Source: Octopus vulgaris (Eukaryota). Taken from it: a DNA stretch of 64,000 nt. Below the pieces are notes generated by a model. That model was not told where the DNA came from, searched no databases, and saw nothing but the letters and a program-made list of their open reading frames with translations. The stretch spans positions 117,180,001-117,244,000 of the forward strand of contig OX597818.1 in the NCBI GenBank assembly GCA_951406725.2. Direction: 5' to 3'. Shown in pieces: positions 12,860 through 26,760 of the stretch. Every line of letters begins with the position of its first letter. Within the stretch, counting starts at the first letter, position 1. The position numbers and the translations under genes are program-made.

Positions 12860-14090
12860 TAAAGTATTTCGCTTATATCTTCGATGTTATTTACGGCAAG
12901 AAATAAATTAAGTACATTGGGAATGCCTTTCTTTCATTTTAAGATATTACCATTCCATTTTGACGTAAACTCAGTGGCAAAATTGACATTAGAAGATCCG
13001 TTTCTAAGAAGAAAGAAAATTATGAGAAGAAAAAAACAAAGCAACGAATAATATTTATGAACACAACACATAAAAATAAATAAGACTGCAAATAAAAAAA
13101 ACAGAGAGAGAATGACATTTCCAGAAAGCAACGTGGCATAACAGACAAGAGATGTGACAAAATGCTAATATATGTCATGTAAAGGCGGCGAGCTGGCAGA
13201 GACGTTAGCACACCGGGCGAAATGCTTTGTGGTATTTCGTCCGCCGCTGCGTTCTGAGTTCAAATTCCGCCGAGGTCGACTTTGCCTTTCATCCTTTCGG
13301 GGTCGATAAAATAAGTACCAGTGACACACTGGGGTCGATATAATCGATTGAATCCGTTTGTCTGTCCTTGTTTGTCCTCTCTGTGTTTAGCCCCTTGTGG
13401 GTAGTAAAGAAATAGGTATTTCGTCTGCCGTTACGTTCTGAGTTCAAATTCCGCCGAGGTCGACTCTGCCTTTCATCCTTTCGGGGTCGATAAATTAAGT
13501 CCCAGTTACGCACTGGAGCCGATATAATCGACTTAAGCCGTTTGTTTGTCCTTGTTTGTCCCCTCTATCTTTAGTCCCTTGTGGGTAGTAAAGAAAAAAG
13601 GAACGTTAGCACACTGGGCGAAATGCCAAGCGGTATTTCGCCTGTCTTTATGTTCCGAGTTCAAATTCCGCCGAGTTTGACTTTGCCTTTCATCTTTTCG
13701 GGGTCGATAAATTAAGTACTAGTTGGGGTCGATGTAATATTTCGGGCCTTGTCCCTAGTGTAGAAAAGAACAAAGTACTTGACATATATCTTCGATGTTA
13801 TTTAAAGCAAGAAATTAATTAAGCACATTGGGAATGCCTTTCTTATATTTTAAAATATTACCATTCCATTTTGACGTAAACCTAATGGCAAAATTGACAT
13901 TAGAAGATCTTTTTCTCAGAAGAAAGAAAATTAAAAGAAAAAAAACAACGCAACAAATAATATTTATGAACACAACACATAAAAATAAATAAGACTGAAA
14001 ATAAAAATGACAGTGCGAATGACATTTCCACAAAGCAACGTAGCATAACAGACAAGAGGTGTGAAAAAGCGCTAATACATGTCAGGTAAT
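12860..14090 (+). repeat. About 320-bp direct duplication (12860-13182 / 13771-14090) flanking a SINE trimer
   Basis: TATATCTTCGATGTTATTTA...CATTGGGAATGCCTTTC...GCTAATA.ATGTCA.GTAA occurs twice. ORFs 12934 and 13815 are paralogous translations. Confidence 0.9.
13184..13770 (+). mobile_element. Tandem trimer of family A SINE
   Basis: GAGTTCAAATTCCGCCGAG..GACT.TGCCTTTCATC occurs at about 13256, 13440 and 13657. Confidence 0.9.
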
Positions 14091-14264
14091 TCTGTCGACA
14101 AATGTGGTGAAATATAACAATATGAAACTTTGTTTTTAACACAAAAAACCCCAAAAAAGCTGAGCACTCTCTAACAATTGGCAGCATCAACTTAAACTTT
14201 GCAGAGTTTTGCCCACAGCACAGGTGTCAGCCTATACAAGCTTTACTACCCACAAATGTGTGTA

Positions 14265-14312
<48 letters not shown>

Positions 14313-14461
14313 TCTTTTAATTCTCTTACTTGTTTCAGTCATTTGACTGCGGCCATGCTGTAGTATCACCTTTTAATCGAAAATATCGTCTTCAGGACTT
14401 ATTCTGCTAAGTAACTGGGTCATAAACACACCAGCATCGATTGTCAAGCGATGCTTGTGGA

Positions 14462-14557
<96 letters not shown>

Positions 14558-14765
14558 CACATACAGAGGCACACATACACACACGTACACACACACACAC
14601 ACATATATATTATCGATCATGTAAGAGAAAAAATGAACTTCCCATCAAAGGGTAACCTCAACTAGTGGAAAGTTGACTGTGTGCAAGTATTTTATATATA
14701 TATATGTGTGTGTGTGTATGTATGTAAGTATTGAAGTGAAAGCACGTTGTAAAAATAAAACTACC

Positions 14766-14807
<42 letters not shown>

Positions 14808-14856
14808 CATCGAAAAATAACTTAAGAAGGAGAATCTAGTTTCGAAATGTTCCCAA

Positions 14857-14902
14857 GACAACTGATGAAGGCTGGAGTGTATATCAGCCGAAACGTTGTG
14901 TT
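14857..14902 (+). ncRNA. Minimal type I hammerhead ribozyme motif in a Penelope pLTR-like repeat (about 14810-14960)
   Basis: CTGATGA 14862-14868; stem II GGCTG/CAGCC; GAAAC 14890-14894; self-complementary AACGTT helix III; GUU triplet; helix I GACAa/GTGTT with a first-pair mismatch in this copy (GACAC in the 38870 copy). Confidence 0.7.
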
Positions 14903-15289
14903 AACAATAAGCAAAATGAGGACAAATGTCCGTCAAATGTAAATAATGTAAATAATGTACAGAAATGTTTTGTTTTAAAATGAGCCCAAAAGGCTAGAGA
15001 AACTATGAAATGCTTAAGACTGCTTAGGAACTAAATTTGTCTCTTGCGCAAAAGGTTGAAGAACGCCACAGAGAGGGTGAAAGACGAAGAGAGGCGAGTG
15101 GAGGGAGAGGGATGTCAGAACATTAGACCTTGTTGAGAAAATTAGCAATTTTCTACATGTAGACCATCGAGAGTGTATACCCACAGTAAGGATACAGTTT
15201 GGTGTGGCTGTTGCAATCGCGCACAGTTGTTCATGAATATCTGACCACGCGCAAATATCCTGCAAAGTTTGTTTCAAGATTGCTCAATG

Positions 15290-15520
15290 CCGAATATCCA
15301 GGTCACAAATTACTCAGTAGAAGTGGGTATCAGAAATGTCTCTCAGCCTCCATACAATCCAGACCTTGCTTGCTGTGAATTTAGTTGTTCCCTAAACTAA
15401 AGAATAACCTCAGGTGCAGTCGTTTTGATGATAAAAGATACTGTGACAAGGGGGTCTACTCATTTGCTAAGTAACAGGAGAACTACCACAAGAGCATTGA
15501 TGGCGGATGATCTTACTTGG
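15290..15520 (+). mobile_element. Degenerate mariner transposase C-terminal remnant
   Basis: Manual translation QPPYNPDLACCEF, then after a frameshift FPKLKNNLRCSRFDD, resembling the mariner PPYSPDLAP.DF.LFP.LK motif. Confidence 0.7.
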
Positions 15521-17023
15521 AAAGAGATTAGAATTTTTTTTACCTCTTTGAAGTTAATAAATGTGACTTCTGAAAATGCCTGAAAACGTCTGGAGTTTAC
15601 TAGTATGATACATATGAAGGAGGGATTCAGTTGCAAAATTTCCAAGAAATTGCACTTTTGGAAGCATGGGTTAAATCTCGAAGGAAAAATCTAGAAGCTT
15701 TTAAGTTTATGTAGCTTACAGGGAAAGGTAGATATATAGATTTGAAATACCATTTGTAAATACACCTGACAAATTCCTTTTGCATTTTGTTGTGTATGTT
15801 GTGATTATCACTAATGGTCAATTCGTTGACGTCACAGATCTTAATAAGTGTCATCATTTCTCGTGATATATCTTTAAGTTTACGCAAAAACCTGCACGAT
15901 TCTTGTTTACTATCAATAAACATTATTATCATTGAATCTTGGTCAAGTTTCATTTTTTATCGGAAACCTGTAATGTTGAATTTGATATTAGATTGCATTG
16001 TGTACCCTATCACATCGCCTCTAGCATTTCATCACCTCTACTTTATTCCGAGACATAACAATTCATATATTTCATACGCCCAAAGTGACGGAAAACCATT
16101 ATTGTCCACTAGAAAACCAGAAAAAATAAACTCTTCGCTTCCATAACAAATGCACAATAGCTATATATGGTTAAATGTTATCGAATTCATATCAACATTT
16201 ATGGATGGTATCAAATATTTATAGAATATTCATCTTAGAGTGAATAGATCCATACTCATGTGGAATTGATTCACATCGAACGAATCCTTTCGTTTGTCAT
16301 GCTTCTTGCCTATGCATTATTATTTTATTTCCGTATGTATTCATTTCTACTATAAGTGTATATATTTCTTTGTTTCAAACTAAAACGAGTGACAGTTTGA
16401 CAGCATAAATTAAGTATAGTTTATTTCTAAATATATTTTCGTAGAATACGTACTCCAATATGACAGTTCCTAAAATAAAGGTGGCATCAATTAGAAAGTG
16501 AAAGTGAAACCTATATCGAAAGTAAATGGCTGCGTTTTACGTACTTCGCATTTTATATTCTCATTTATCTCCATTTTTTTGCGATATTTTTATGAGAACC
16601 ATATTAAAAAAGTCAATGCTGAAAATGATGGCGATCACGATATTCTCCGTACAGTATTTTAAAGTCTTCTTTAATTTCTTATTCATAATTTGGTCTTCCG
16701 TTTAATACTTGTTTTCTTTTTTTGTTCTGTTTTCTCCAGTAAATTAATTTTTGTATTTTTATAAGCTTTCTATTTATTGTCTATTGAAAACACGTGAAAA
16801 TATATTTGCAGGCAATATTCGTGTCGTTCTATTCATTTGGATTTCATTCGTGTATAAATTTAGAATATAAGAAATTATTATATTTTAGTCGTATGTTTGG
16901 ATGTATGGTTAAGGAGTTCCCGTCGCAATAAATTAGTCTCAGTCCCACCGACTTCGCAGCACCTGTATTCCCTGACCTGATAGATTTGGTAGTTGAAAAC
17001 TGTCTGGAAGCCACTGGGATGTA

Positions 17024-17142
<119 letters not shown>

Positions 17143-17165
17143 GTCTATCTATCTGTCTGTCTGTC

Positions 17166-17244
<79 letters not shown>

Positions 17245-17577
17245 CTCTGTGTGCTTTCATATGTATGCATGTTAGTGAGTATGTGCGTGTCTTTGTGATT
17301 GCGTCTTTCTCCTCACCACTCGGCAACAAGTTTTGCTCTGTTAAACTTCATAGTAAGATTTGAATTCACCGACAGAATAAGCAGGTAGCAAACTTCAAAA
17401 AAAAAGAAAGGAAAAAAAAAAGAATTACTAAGTACTGAATTGGTTTTGATCGAGTCTACCCAAAAATGGCTGCCATTTAATGACTGAAGCAAACACTATT
17501 TATCTATCTATCTATTGACCTCAATACAGATATACACACGCGCACACACACATACGTATGCGCACAACATACACACA

Positions 17578-17627
<50 letters not shown>

Positions 17628-18498
17628 GGTAGATAGATATAGATATACACACATTAAGATTAAAAATTGCTTAACAAAAGTACAGTTGCCATCCTTAATA
17701 AGTGAATTTCTTATCAATACCTGTAATGAACTTTAACTACATTTTTTATGTTCGCCTTCGACGTGATACAAGGACAAACATAATCTAGTAAGATTCTATT
17801 TAAGTGCTGGCAGTAACATTTCCACTTTCCCGTCTTAGAGCACTGATGAAACTCTTAGATTCTAGAAATTTGTCACTGAACATAAATAGTATATTTCATA
17901 AAAAGCCTCATCTTGCTTATGGTTTTGCCATTTTTAAGTCTCCGTGTCAATAATTGAATAAGTGAATTTCATGTCAGCTTTGAAATAATACTGGTGCGTT
18001 ATTTCTCTCTGACCGAAGCCATGAATGCGATTTTGCTTTCTGAGCAGTTAAAATAATAACCACCAACAAAACTATTCGCACATGTCATTTCGCTAGCTGT
18101 GTGCAGCAAGGGACATTGGTGATGATGTGTTAATACGTATTTAGTTCCTTCACTATAAAATAAATCATCGTATCTAACGCGTTAATCTATGACACTTTAT
18201 TCTCAGCAGAGACTACATCAGAGACTATAATTAATCTACAAAAACATCCGTTTACATAGATATTTCAACATGTGTGGGCAGAGATTGCCAGTAAGCGTGT
18301 AATATTTATTAATTTGGTGATACTTATTTCGAACACATTTTCCAAAATTGGATTTATCTCAGCTAAAACTGTTAGAATTAAAATAATGCGGGTCAAATTA
18401 TTTTACGTGAAATGAAATGCAATTTTATTGAAATTGATCGTAATTAAGATAAATGAAATGAAAATCCAATATTACAAACAATAATATACTCACAATGT

Positions 18499-19035
18499 GG
18501 AAGCGCGTGGCTTAGTGGTTAAGGTATTATCACCATGATCGTTAGATTGTGGTTTCGATTTCTGGACCGGGTGACGCGTTGTGTTCTTGAGCAAAACACT
18601 TCATTTCACGTTGCTCCAGTCCACTTAGCTAGCAAAAATGAGTAAGGCAGCGATGGACTGGCGTTCCATCCAGCAGGGGAACACATACGCCAAAGAAACC
18701 GGGAAACCGGGCCCATGAGCTTGGCTAGGTTTTAAAAAGGGCGCATGTATTTATTTATTTATTTTATATACTCACAATAGAATATATATATCCGACTAAT
18801 TTATTAGCAATAAGTGAAAGTACATGGTTTAGTGGTTAAGCTATTCAGCTCACGGTCGTAAGGTCATGAGTTCCATTCGTGGCGGCGCCTTGTCGCCTTG
18901 AACAAGATAATTCATTTCACGTTGATTCAGTTCGCTCAACTGACAAATGAAAGGGTCAACCTTATCACATTTTCTGTCAAGCTCAGTCTCACTGAGATCT
19001 ACGTTAAGGTTGCTGCGCATGTGTCGAGTGCTCAG
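18499..19035 (+). mobile_element. Two adjacent tRNA-derived SINEs (family C variants)
   Basis: tRNA-like heads TGGCTTAGTGGTTAAG (about 18508) and TGGTTTAGTGGTTAAG (about 18825), both followed by CTTGA.CAA.A.A.TTCATTTCACGTTG. Confidence 0.7.
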
Positions 19036-19042
19036 CTGCTCC

Positions 19043-19253
19043 TTTACTCGTTTACTTGTTTCAGTGATTTGACTGTTGCCATGCTGGAGCACCGCCTTTA
19101 GTCGAGCAAGTCGACCCCAGGACTTATTCTTTGTAATCCTAGTACTTATTTTATCGGTATCTTATGCCGAACCGCTAAGTTACGGGGATGTAAGCACACC
19201 AGCATCGGTTGTCAAGCAATGTTGGAGGGACAAACACAGACACACAAACATAT

Positions 19254-19305
<52 letters not shown>

Positions 19306-19466
19306 CTGGCTTCTTTAAGTTTCCGTCTACCAAATGCACTCACAAGGCTTTGATCGGCCGGAGGGTATAGTAGAAGACAGTTGCCCAAGGTGCCATGCAG
19401 TGGGACTGAACCCGGAATCATGTGGTTGGTAAGCAAGCTGCTTACCACACAACCACTCCTACGCCT
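19043..19466 (-). mobile_element. tRNA-derived SINE, family B
   Basis: Full-length reverse match to the copy at 35800-36214. Confidence 0.9.
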
Positions 19467-19641
19467 ATTAGCTGCTTGCATGTTTATTTCAAGAGACGGC
19501 TCTTTCGTTGATTGGATCAAATGAAACCCTCTCCCTCGTAACAGACGGATTGTTGACAGACGGAATGTCAACAGGCTGAGTGTCACTTTACTAATAATCA
19601 AACATTGATCTGTACATCGTTAACCTTGAAATATAGTTATA

Positions 19642-19865
19642 GACTAATCCCTAGACTATCGCGTGTTATGTTCCAACGCCGCGATAGGTTAAAATCGGTG
19701 AAGTAGAAACAACTGTGTATTTATGATTATCATTTTTATAATTTGTGTATATTTATTTTATTATAACTGCAAAAGTGCATTACGGAGGAATCGACGTAAG
19801 CTTAAATATTAAACCGCAATAGGTTAACGGCGATAGGTGAAGCGCGACATGGCGAGGGATTACTG
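19642..19865. mobile_element. pogo/Tigger-like MITE
   Basis: Right end CGAGGGATTACTG followed by TA; degenerate left end TA-GACTAATCCCTAG; internal repeated CGATAGGT motif. Confidence 0.55.
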
Positions 19866-19997
19866 TATATCATACACATAGAAAACATGCATCAGCATAA
19901 TTACAGCTTGATAACTACATCGTTTTATAACGCATGTTACTCTTCAATACACAACATAACCGGTTGCTCATGGAATTAAAGGGATCTGGGTATTATT

Positions 19998-20637
19998 CTT
20001 TTCTACTCTAGGCACAAGGCCCAAATTTATGGGGGTGTGGGGCAGTCGATTAGATAGACCCAGTACGCAACTGGTACTTAATTTATCGACACCGAAAGGA
20101 TGAAAGGCAAAGAGGACTTCGGCGGAATTTGAAATCAGAACGTAAAGTCAGTCGAAATACAGTTAAACATTTCGCCAGGTGTGCTAAAGTTTCTGCGAGG
20201 TCGCCGCCTTGGATTTAGGTTTTATTCTTTTTTAGTCTCGGCAGAAGGGTGCCAGTTGATTAGATCAATCCCAGTACGCAACTGGTACTTAATATATCGA
20301 CCCCAAAAGGATGAAAGGCAAATTCGACCCCGGCGAAATTTGAACTCAGAATGTAAAGATAAACGAAATACCGCTAAGCATTTCGCCCGACGTGCTGACA
20401 TTTCTTATTTCTTTATTGCCCACAAGGGGCTAAACATAGAGGGGATAAACATGGAGAGACGAAGGGATTAAGTCGATTACATCGATCCCAGTGGGTAACT
20501 TGTACATAATTTATCAATCCCGAAAGGATGAAAGGCAAATCGATCTCGGCGGAATTTGAACTCAGAACGTAACGGCAGACGAAATACGGCTACGCATTTC
20601 GCGCGGCGTGCTAACGTTTCTACCAGCTCGCCACCTT
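19998..20637 (-). mobile_element. Array of three family A SINEs bounded by a 16-bp target duplication
   Basis: GGATCTGGGTATTATT at 19982-19997 and 20638-20653, with three AAAGGATGAAAGGCAAA cores between. Confidence 0.9.
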
Positions 20638-20913
20638 GGATCTGGGTATTATTGACCAAGGAAAATAACCGTAATTCCGGAGTTTCTTTAAAGGTATCTT
20701 CGGACCATGATTTCTGCTATTCGTCAGGTATTTGACAGCAAATATTTCTCAAGATATAATGCATGGGAAACAAATAAAATTTGATTATTGTTAGATCTGA
20801 ATTAATAATTATTTAAATGACAATAGTTATCTTGTAATACGTTGCTTATTGAAAGAATAGACGACAAATATTTCATTGCTATTTGCTGATGTTGGCAAGA
20901 TAGATCAATAAGG

Positions 20914-20951
<38 letters not shown>

Positions 20952-21379
20952 GCGATGGCGAAGGACGACGACGACGGCAGTGGTTTTGGTGGTCTTCGTC
21001 TTCATGATGATGATGATGATGATTGACATCAAAAGTGAAATAAAGACTGAAAATTGACAACAGATGAGAAAGATGAAACGTGAGATTAAATTTGTGCGAA
21101 AAGAAATTTGATAAAGATAGAATGTAAACTGTTGTGAATAAGAGAAAATGGAAAAGAGTATAAAATACTGTGAGAAAAGTAAAGACTCTGAAAAGTAGAT
21201 TTATCAATTATTTAAGTGAGTTAATTAAATGTGTTGATATATTGACAATTAAAAGCCAATCTAATGGAAATATATTAGCTGACATAAATAATTTAAATGC
21301 CTCTGAACCGTTAGGAAATCTAATCTTTCAAGTAAAGATCTTGAAATGAAAAGGCATTTGATAGTATATAGAATATCAA

Positions 21380-21610
21380 GGCGGCGAGCTGGCAGAATCG
21401 CTAGCAAGCCGGGCGAAATGCTTAGCGGTATTTCGTTCGCCGTTACGTTCTGAGTTCAAATTCCGCCGAGGTCGACTTTGCCTTTAATCCTTTCGGGGTC
21501 GATTAAATAAGTACCAGTTACGCACTGGGGTCGATATAATCGACATAATCCCTTTGTCTGTGCTTGCTTGTTCCCTCTATGTTTAGCCCCTTGTCGGCAA
21601 TAAAGAAATA
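21380..21610 (+). mobile_element. tRNA-derived SINE, family A, full length
   Basis: Complete family motif, with an imperfect TSD AGTATATAGAATATC/AGTATACAAAATATC. Confidence 0.9.
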
Positions 21611-21690
21611 AGTATACAAAATATCTGTGAAACATACTTCATTTGATAAAGAAAAGAATAAAGCAATGCGCTTCTTTATTATGTGTTATG

Positions 21691-22017
21691 TGGAGACGCA
21701 ATGGCCCAGTTGTTAGGGCAGTGGACTCGCGGTCGTAGGATCGCGGTTTCGATTTCCACACCGGGGGTTGTGAGTGCTTATTGAGAGAAAACAACTAAAT
21801 CTCCACGTGGTTTCGGCAGTGGGTGATGGCGAACCCTGCTGTGCTCTTTCCCTACAACTTCCACTCACTCTTTCTTTCTGTTTCTGTTTCTGTTGTACCT
21901 GTATTTCAAAGGGCCAGCATTGTCACTTTCTGTGTCACGCTGTATTTCCCCGAGAGCTGCGTTAATAGTACACTTGTCTGTGGAGTGCTCAGCCACTTGC
22001 ACGTTAATTCCACGAGT
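21691..22017 (+). mobile_element. tRNA-derived SINE, family C
   Basis: Collinear with 37540-37920. Confidence 0.85.
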
Positions 22018-23285
22018 GCCATGACCATGTGTTAAAGAAGCTGTTATTAATCAATCATAACAAACATTCACTCCCACTATGAAAGGAATTTGTAGTAAAT
22101 ATACCTTAAACATTGATTGCGGGAACAATTTAGACTGAAATAAGTGCAGTAGGTTGCAACTTTGTGGAGTTTATTGGATGTTTTCAAATTATGTTGTAAT
22201 AATTATACAAATTATATTACAATAATTATTTTGGCTAAAATTTCTAAAGTATTATTTTAAGTCATGCTTAATGAAAGCAATTAGCAAATTGCAAAATAAG
22301 AATTACAAGAAAAGAAACAGCTGGATATTAAATTAATTTGTAGTTAAAAAACAGAAAGCAGTGGGGGAAAGTCTGCAATCCAAATGGTATGGTGTGAAAA
22401 TGAAGTTGGACGAGAATTAAGATTTAAGAAAGAAAAATATAAAAATACAGAGAATGCATTTTATGAGCTTAAACCAAACCAGCCATGTTTAACATTGGCA
22501 ATCAGCAGAAATGCAGAATAGGATAACAATCCGTATATTTGTGTTTTACATTACCGCAGGTACGTCTGTCTTAATGCTAAGATGTGTAGATATAACTCTG
22601 TGGCAGACAACACCTGCTTCTCTTCTACTACTGGAAACATCTTTGATAAGATATAAACATCACATAAGCATCTTTGATAAGATAGCAATATATGTGTATA
22701 TAAAATCAACTACACAGCTTATCTAAATCAATATCAAAGATCGTTTATAAAATGTGGTAAATACCAACAGAAATTTCTTTAATATATGTACTAATCTTCA
22801 TTTCCTAAACTCCGGTATGGAGACGTTTTTAAACATGTAATACAAAATCCATTTATTATTTTTCAGCAATACGATAAATCAATATTTGTAATTCATTAGA
22901 TCGATATTAGTCAATATTTATATTTCATGGAATCAATAGTTGTGATTATTTAAATCAATATTAGCAAATGAACATTATTTGTTGAATACTGAAGATTTGT
23001 ATTAGTATTTACAAATGTTCACTACCGGCATTAAGAGTAATGGCGTTTGTTCTGTCCTTCGTATATAGCTTTGTTATTTACTGTAAATCTGAATTATTTG
23101 CTTTGTCCATTGTTCTCCACAATGTCCATACTCGGTACACAACCTCTGGTTTTTCAACAGTTTGTACAGGTAAATATTATCCAAAATTATAAGAGACATT
23201 CTCCAGAATAATGTTTCGTTGGTGGGGCTTCCACTACTTATATCAACTGAACAGAAAATGCATCACATTCCCTAATGTTCTCTCT

Positions 23286-23344
<59 letters not shown>

Positions 23345-23351
23345 ATGTATT

Positions 23352-23585
23352 ACTTTTTACTTTTTTTTATTTTTTACTTGTTTCAGTCATGTGACTGTGA
23401 CCATGATGGAGCACCGCCTTTAGTCGAGCAAATCGACCCCAGGACTTATTCTTTGAAAGCCTAGTACTTATCCTATCGGTGTATTTTGCCGAACCGCTAA
23501 GTTACGGGGACGTAAACACACCAGCATCGGTTGTCAAGTGATGTTGGGGGGACAAACGCAGACACACAAACACACACACACACAT

Positions 23586-23629
<44 letters not shown>

Positions 23630-23792
23630 GACGGGCTTCTTTGAGTTTCCGTCTGCCAAATCCACTCACAAGGCATTGGTCGGCCCGAGGCTATAGTAGA
23701 AGACACTTGCCCAAGGTGCCACGCAGTAGGAGTGAACCCGGAACCATGTGGTTGGGAAACAAGCTACTTACCACACAGTCTGTCCTACGCCT
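23352..23792 (-). mobile_element. tRNA-derived SINE, family B
   Basis: Full-length reverse match to the copy at 35800. Confidence 0.9.
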
Positions 23793-24124
23793 ATATATGC
23801 ATATTTTCCGCCATATTTCAATAATTCTATCTTCCGTATCGCTGACAGATTTTCTCTAGCTTATCACTTACCGAGTTCTTACATGATTGCTAAATATTTC
23901 GTGTTTGTTCAACGTTGAATTTGTATTGTGTCGTTCAGAAGATTTCATTTTCATTTTTCTGACAGGCATTTTGTAAGAATGGAAAGCAAGATTTTCATTC
24001 ATACAATAATTTACAAATGCTGAATTCAATCGTCTTATTTTTTGTGTAGTTTGTATTAGAAACATGTAACTATAAGCCATTAATATATCAGTCTGCAAGT
24101 ATAAGATTCTCTTTGCTTATAAGT

Positions 24125-24412
24125 GGCACTCTGCCGGTTACGACGACGAGGTTTCCAGTTGATCCGATCAAAGGAACACCCCGCTCCTGAAATTAACTTG
24201 CAAGTGGCTGAGTCAGTACTCCTCAGACACGTGTACACTTAACATAGTTCTCGGGGAGATTCAGCGTGACACACAGAGGGGCACAAGGCTGGCCCTTTGA
24301 AATACAGCTACGAGAGAAACAGGAAGAAACAGTGGGAGAAAGTTGTGGTGAAAGAGTACAGCAGGGTTCGCCACCAGCCCCTGCCGGAGGCTCGTGGACC
24401 TTTAAGTGTTTG
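24125..24412 (-). mobile_element. 5'-truncated family C SINE
   Basis: Reverse match to 37640-37915. Confidence 0.8.
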
Positions 24413-24621
24413 ATAGACAGAAATATATATGTGTGTATGTGTGAGCGTGTGTGTGTGTGTATGTGTGTGTGTGTGTTACATATACATTTACTCATATACA
24501 TACGTACACACACATATAAAGAGTGGTCGACAGAAATATTAGAAAATTGACTAGTCGTCACTTTGAAAACTATATATTTCGAACGGGAATTTGGCAGCGC
24601 CACATCTAGCAAAACAATTAG

Positions 24622-24666
24622 TCTGTGCTGATGAAGGGAAATAACCAGGAAATCACAATACACAGA
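24622..24666 (+). ncRNA. Type I hammerhead-like motif with degenerate stem II
   Basis: Helix I TCTGTG/CACAGA (6 bp perfect); CTGATGA 24628-24634; GAAA 24649-24652; helix III AT-CACA-AT; AUA triplet 24658-24660; stem II only GG/CC. Confidence 0.55.
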
Positions 24667-25076
24667 TATTGTTTTGAGCTGAGTGGGGGTGCTATATTCC
24701 CTTGTTCGAAATTGTTAGGACACAGATCGTGTCGTATAGCCAGCTGGAGACGATGTGTCCTGGGGTTAGATTACAGCAACATTGGTCCTACACCAGGACT
24801 GCCATGTTATGTTGGCAAACAATTCTTACTAGATAGAAATATGTACATGTGTGCGTTACATATATACATAAAGGTATATATATAAATATAGGCAGACAGA
24901 TGGAAATATATATTTGTGTGTGTTACATATTCATACACATATACATACGTAAACACACATATAAATAGCGGCCAACACATAGAAATATATATATTTGTGC
25001 GTGTGTGTGTTACATCATGATAGATCGCTAGCCACTACATATTCTTTATTTTCTCTCTTTGTTTCTTTCTGTGTTC

Positions 25077-25112
25077 CTTTCTGTGGAAGAGCGTAGGCTC
25101 GAAACGTTAAAG
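25077..25112 (+). ncRNA. Minimal hammerhead-like motif with variant core, in a short repeat ending in (TACA)n
   Basis: Helix I CTTT/AAAG; core CTGTGGA (A6 replaced by U); stem II GAGC-GTAG-GCTC; GAAACGTT as at 14890. Confidence 0.55.
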
Positions 25113-25250
25113 ACTCTTTTCACTTCCCGAGCGTTTTACTAATACACCTGTTTGTTGTCTACACCACCTGTCTTCGTCTTTTGATTTTTTTGTGAATTCT
25201 CCCCTATACATACATACATACATACATACATACATACATACATACATACA

Positions 25251-25284
<34 letters not shown>

Positions 25285-25937
25285 CATACATACATACATA
25301 CATACATACATACATACATACATACATACATACATACATAAACACACATATAAAGAGAGGCCGAGAAATGGAAATATATACATGTGTACGTTACATATAC
25401 ATAAACACACATATACATATAAGCAGACAGATAGAAATATATACTTGTGTGTCAGTGTGTGTGAACGCGCGCGCGTTAAAAGGGTGCAAACACTCTTTAT
25501 TATACATCATAAATACAGGAATTATGAAATCGTTGCGGATATGACATATATTTATTTACTAAACAAAACGGCGGAGAGAGTGAATTTCTATTACACAAGG
25601 AAAATGATAAATGTGTATTCCTACGTTGTACCATGTCAACCTCTCTATATTTTTGTTTCAAGAAATATATCCTGTTTCGGGCGATGTAACTTACAAAAGA
25701 CAGAAACCATCTGTGCCCAGCACTGCGTAGGTTGCGTATAAATATGTCTGGAATATACAAGTATGTTGAACCACGGGATCATTTATACTCAGAGGGGACA
25801 AAGCTGTCAAACGCTTGAAAGGGATCACCATGCAGTTTAATTCTACATCCATACATATATACTCAGTATGTATTCATGGAAATATATATATACATATACA
25901 TATTCATACATACATATATATATATATATGCAAACAT

Positions 25938-26268
25938 GGAGGTGCAATGGCCCAGTGGTTTGGGCAGCGGACTCGTGGTCGTAGATTGCGGTTTCGATTC
26001 TCAGATGGGGCGTTGTGAGTGTTTATTAAGTGGAAACACCTAAAGCTCCACGAGGCTCCGGCACTCTTCTTGTTCCTGATTCTGTTGAACCTGTATCTCA
26101 AAGGGCCAGCTTTGTCACACTCTGTGTCACGCTGAATCTCCCAGGGAACTACGTCAAGGGAATACGTGGCGTCTGTGGACTGCTCAGCCAATTCCAGGTT
26201 AATTTCACGAGCAGGCTGTTCCGTTGATCGGATCAACTGGAACCCTCGTCGTCATAACCGACGGAGTA
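25938..26268 (+). mobile_element. tRNA-derived SINE, family C
   Basis: Collinear with 37540-37920, with an internal deletion. Confidence 0.85.
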
Positions 26269-26347
26269 CCACTATATAAAAACATACATACTTCAAACGT
26301 ACACACACACATACCCCCACACACACACGTACACACGCAGACACACA

Positions 26348-26760
<413 letters not shown>

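Noticed and set aside
17836-17880. CTGATGA...GAAA...GTC hammerhead-like string
   Set aside because: Helices I and II cannot be formed convincingly.
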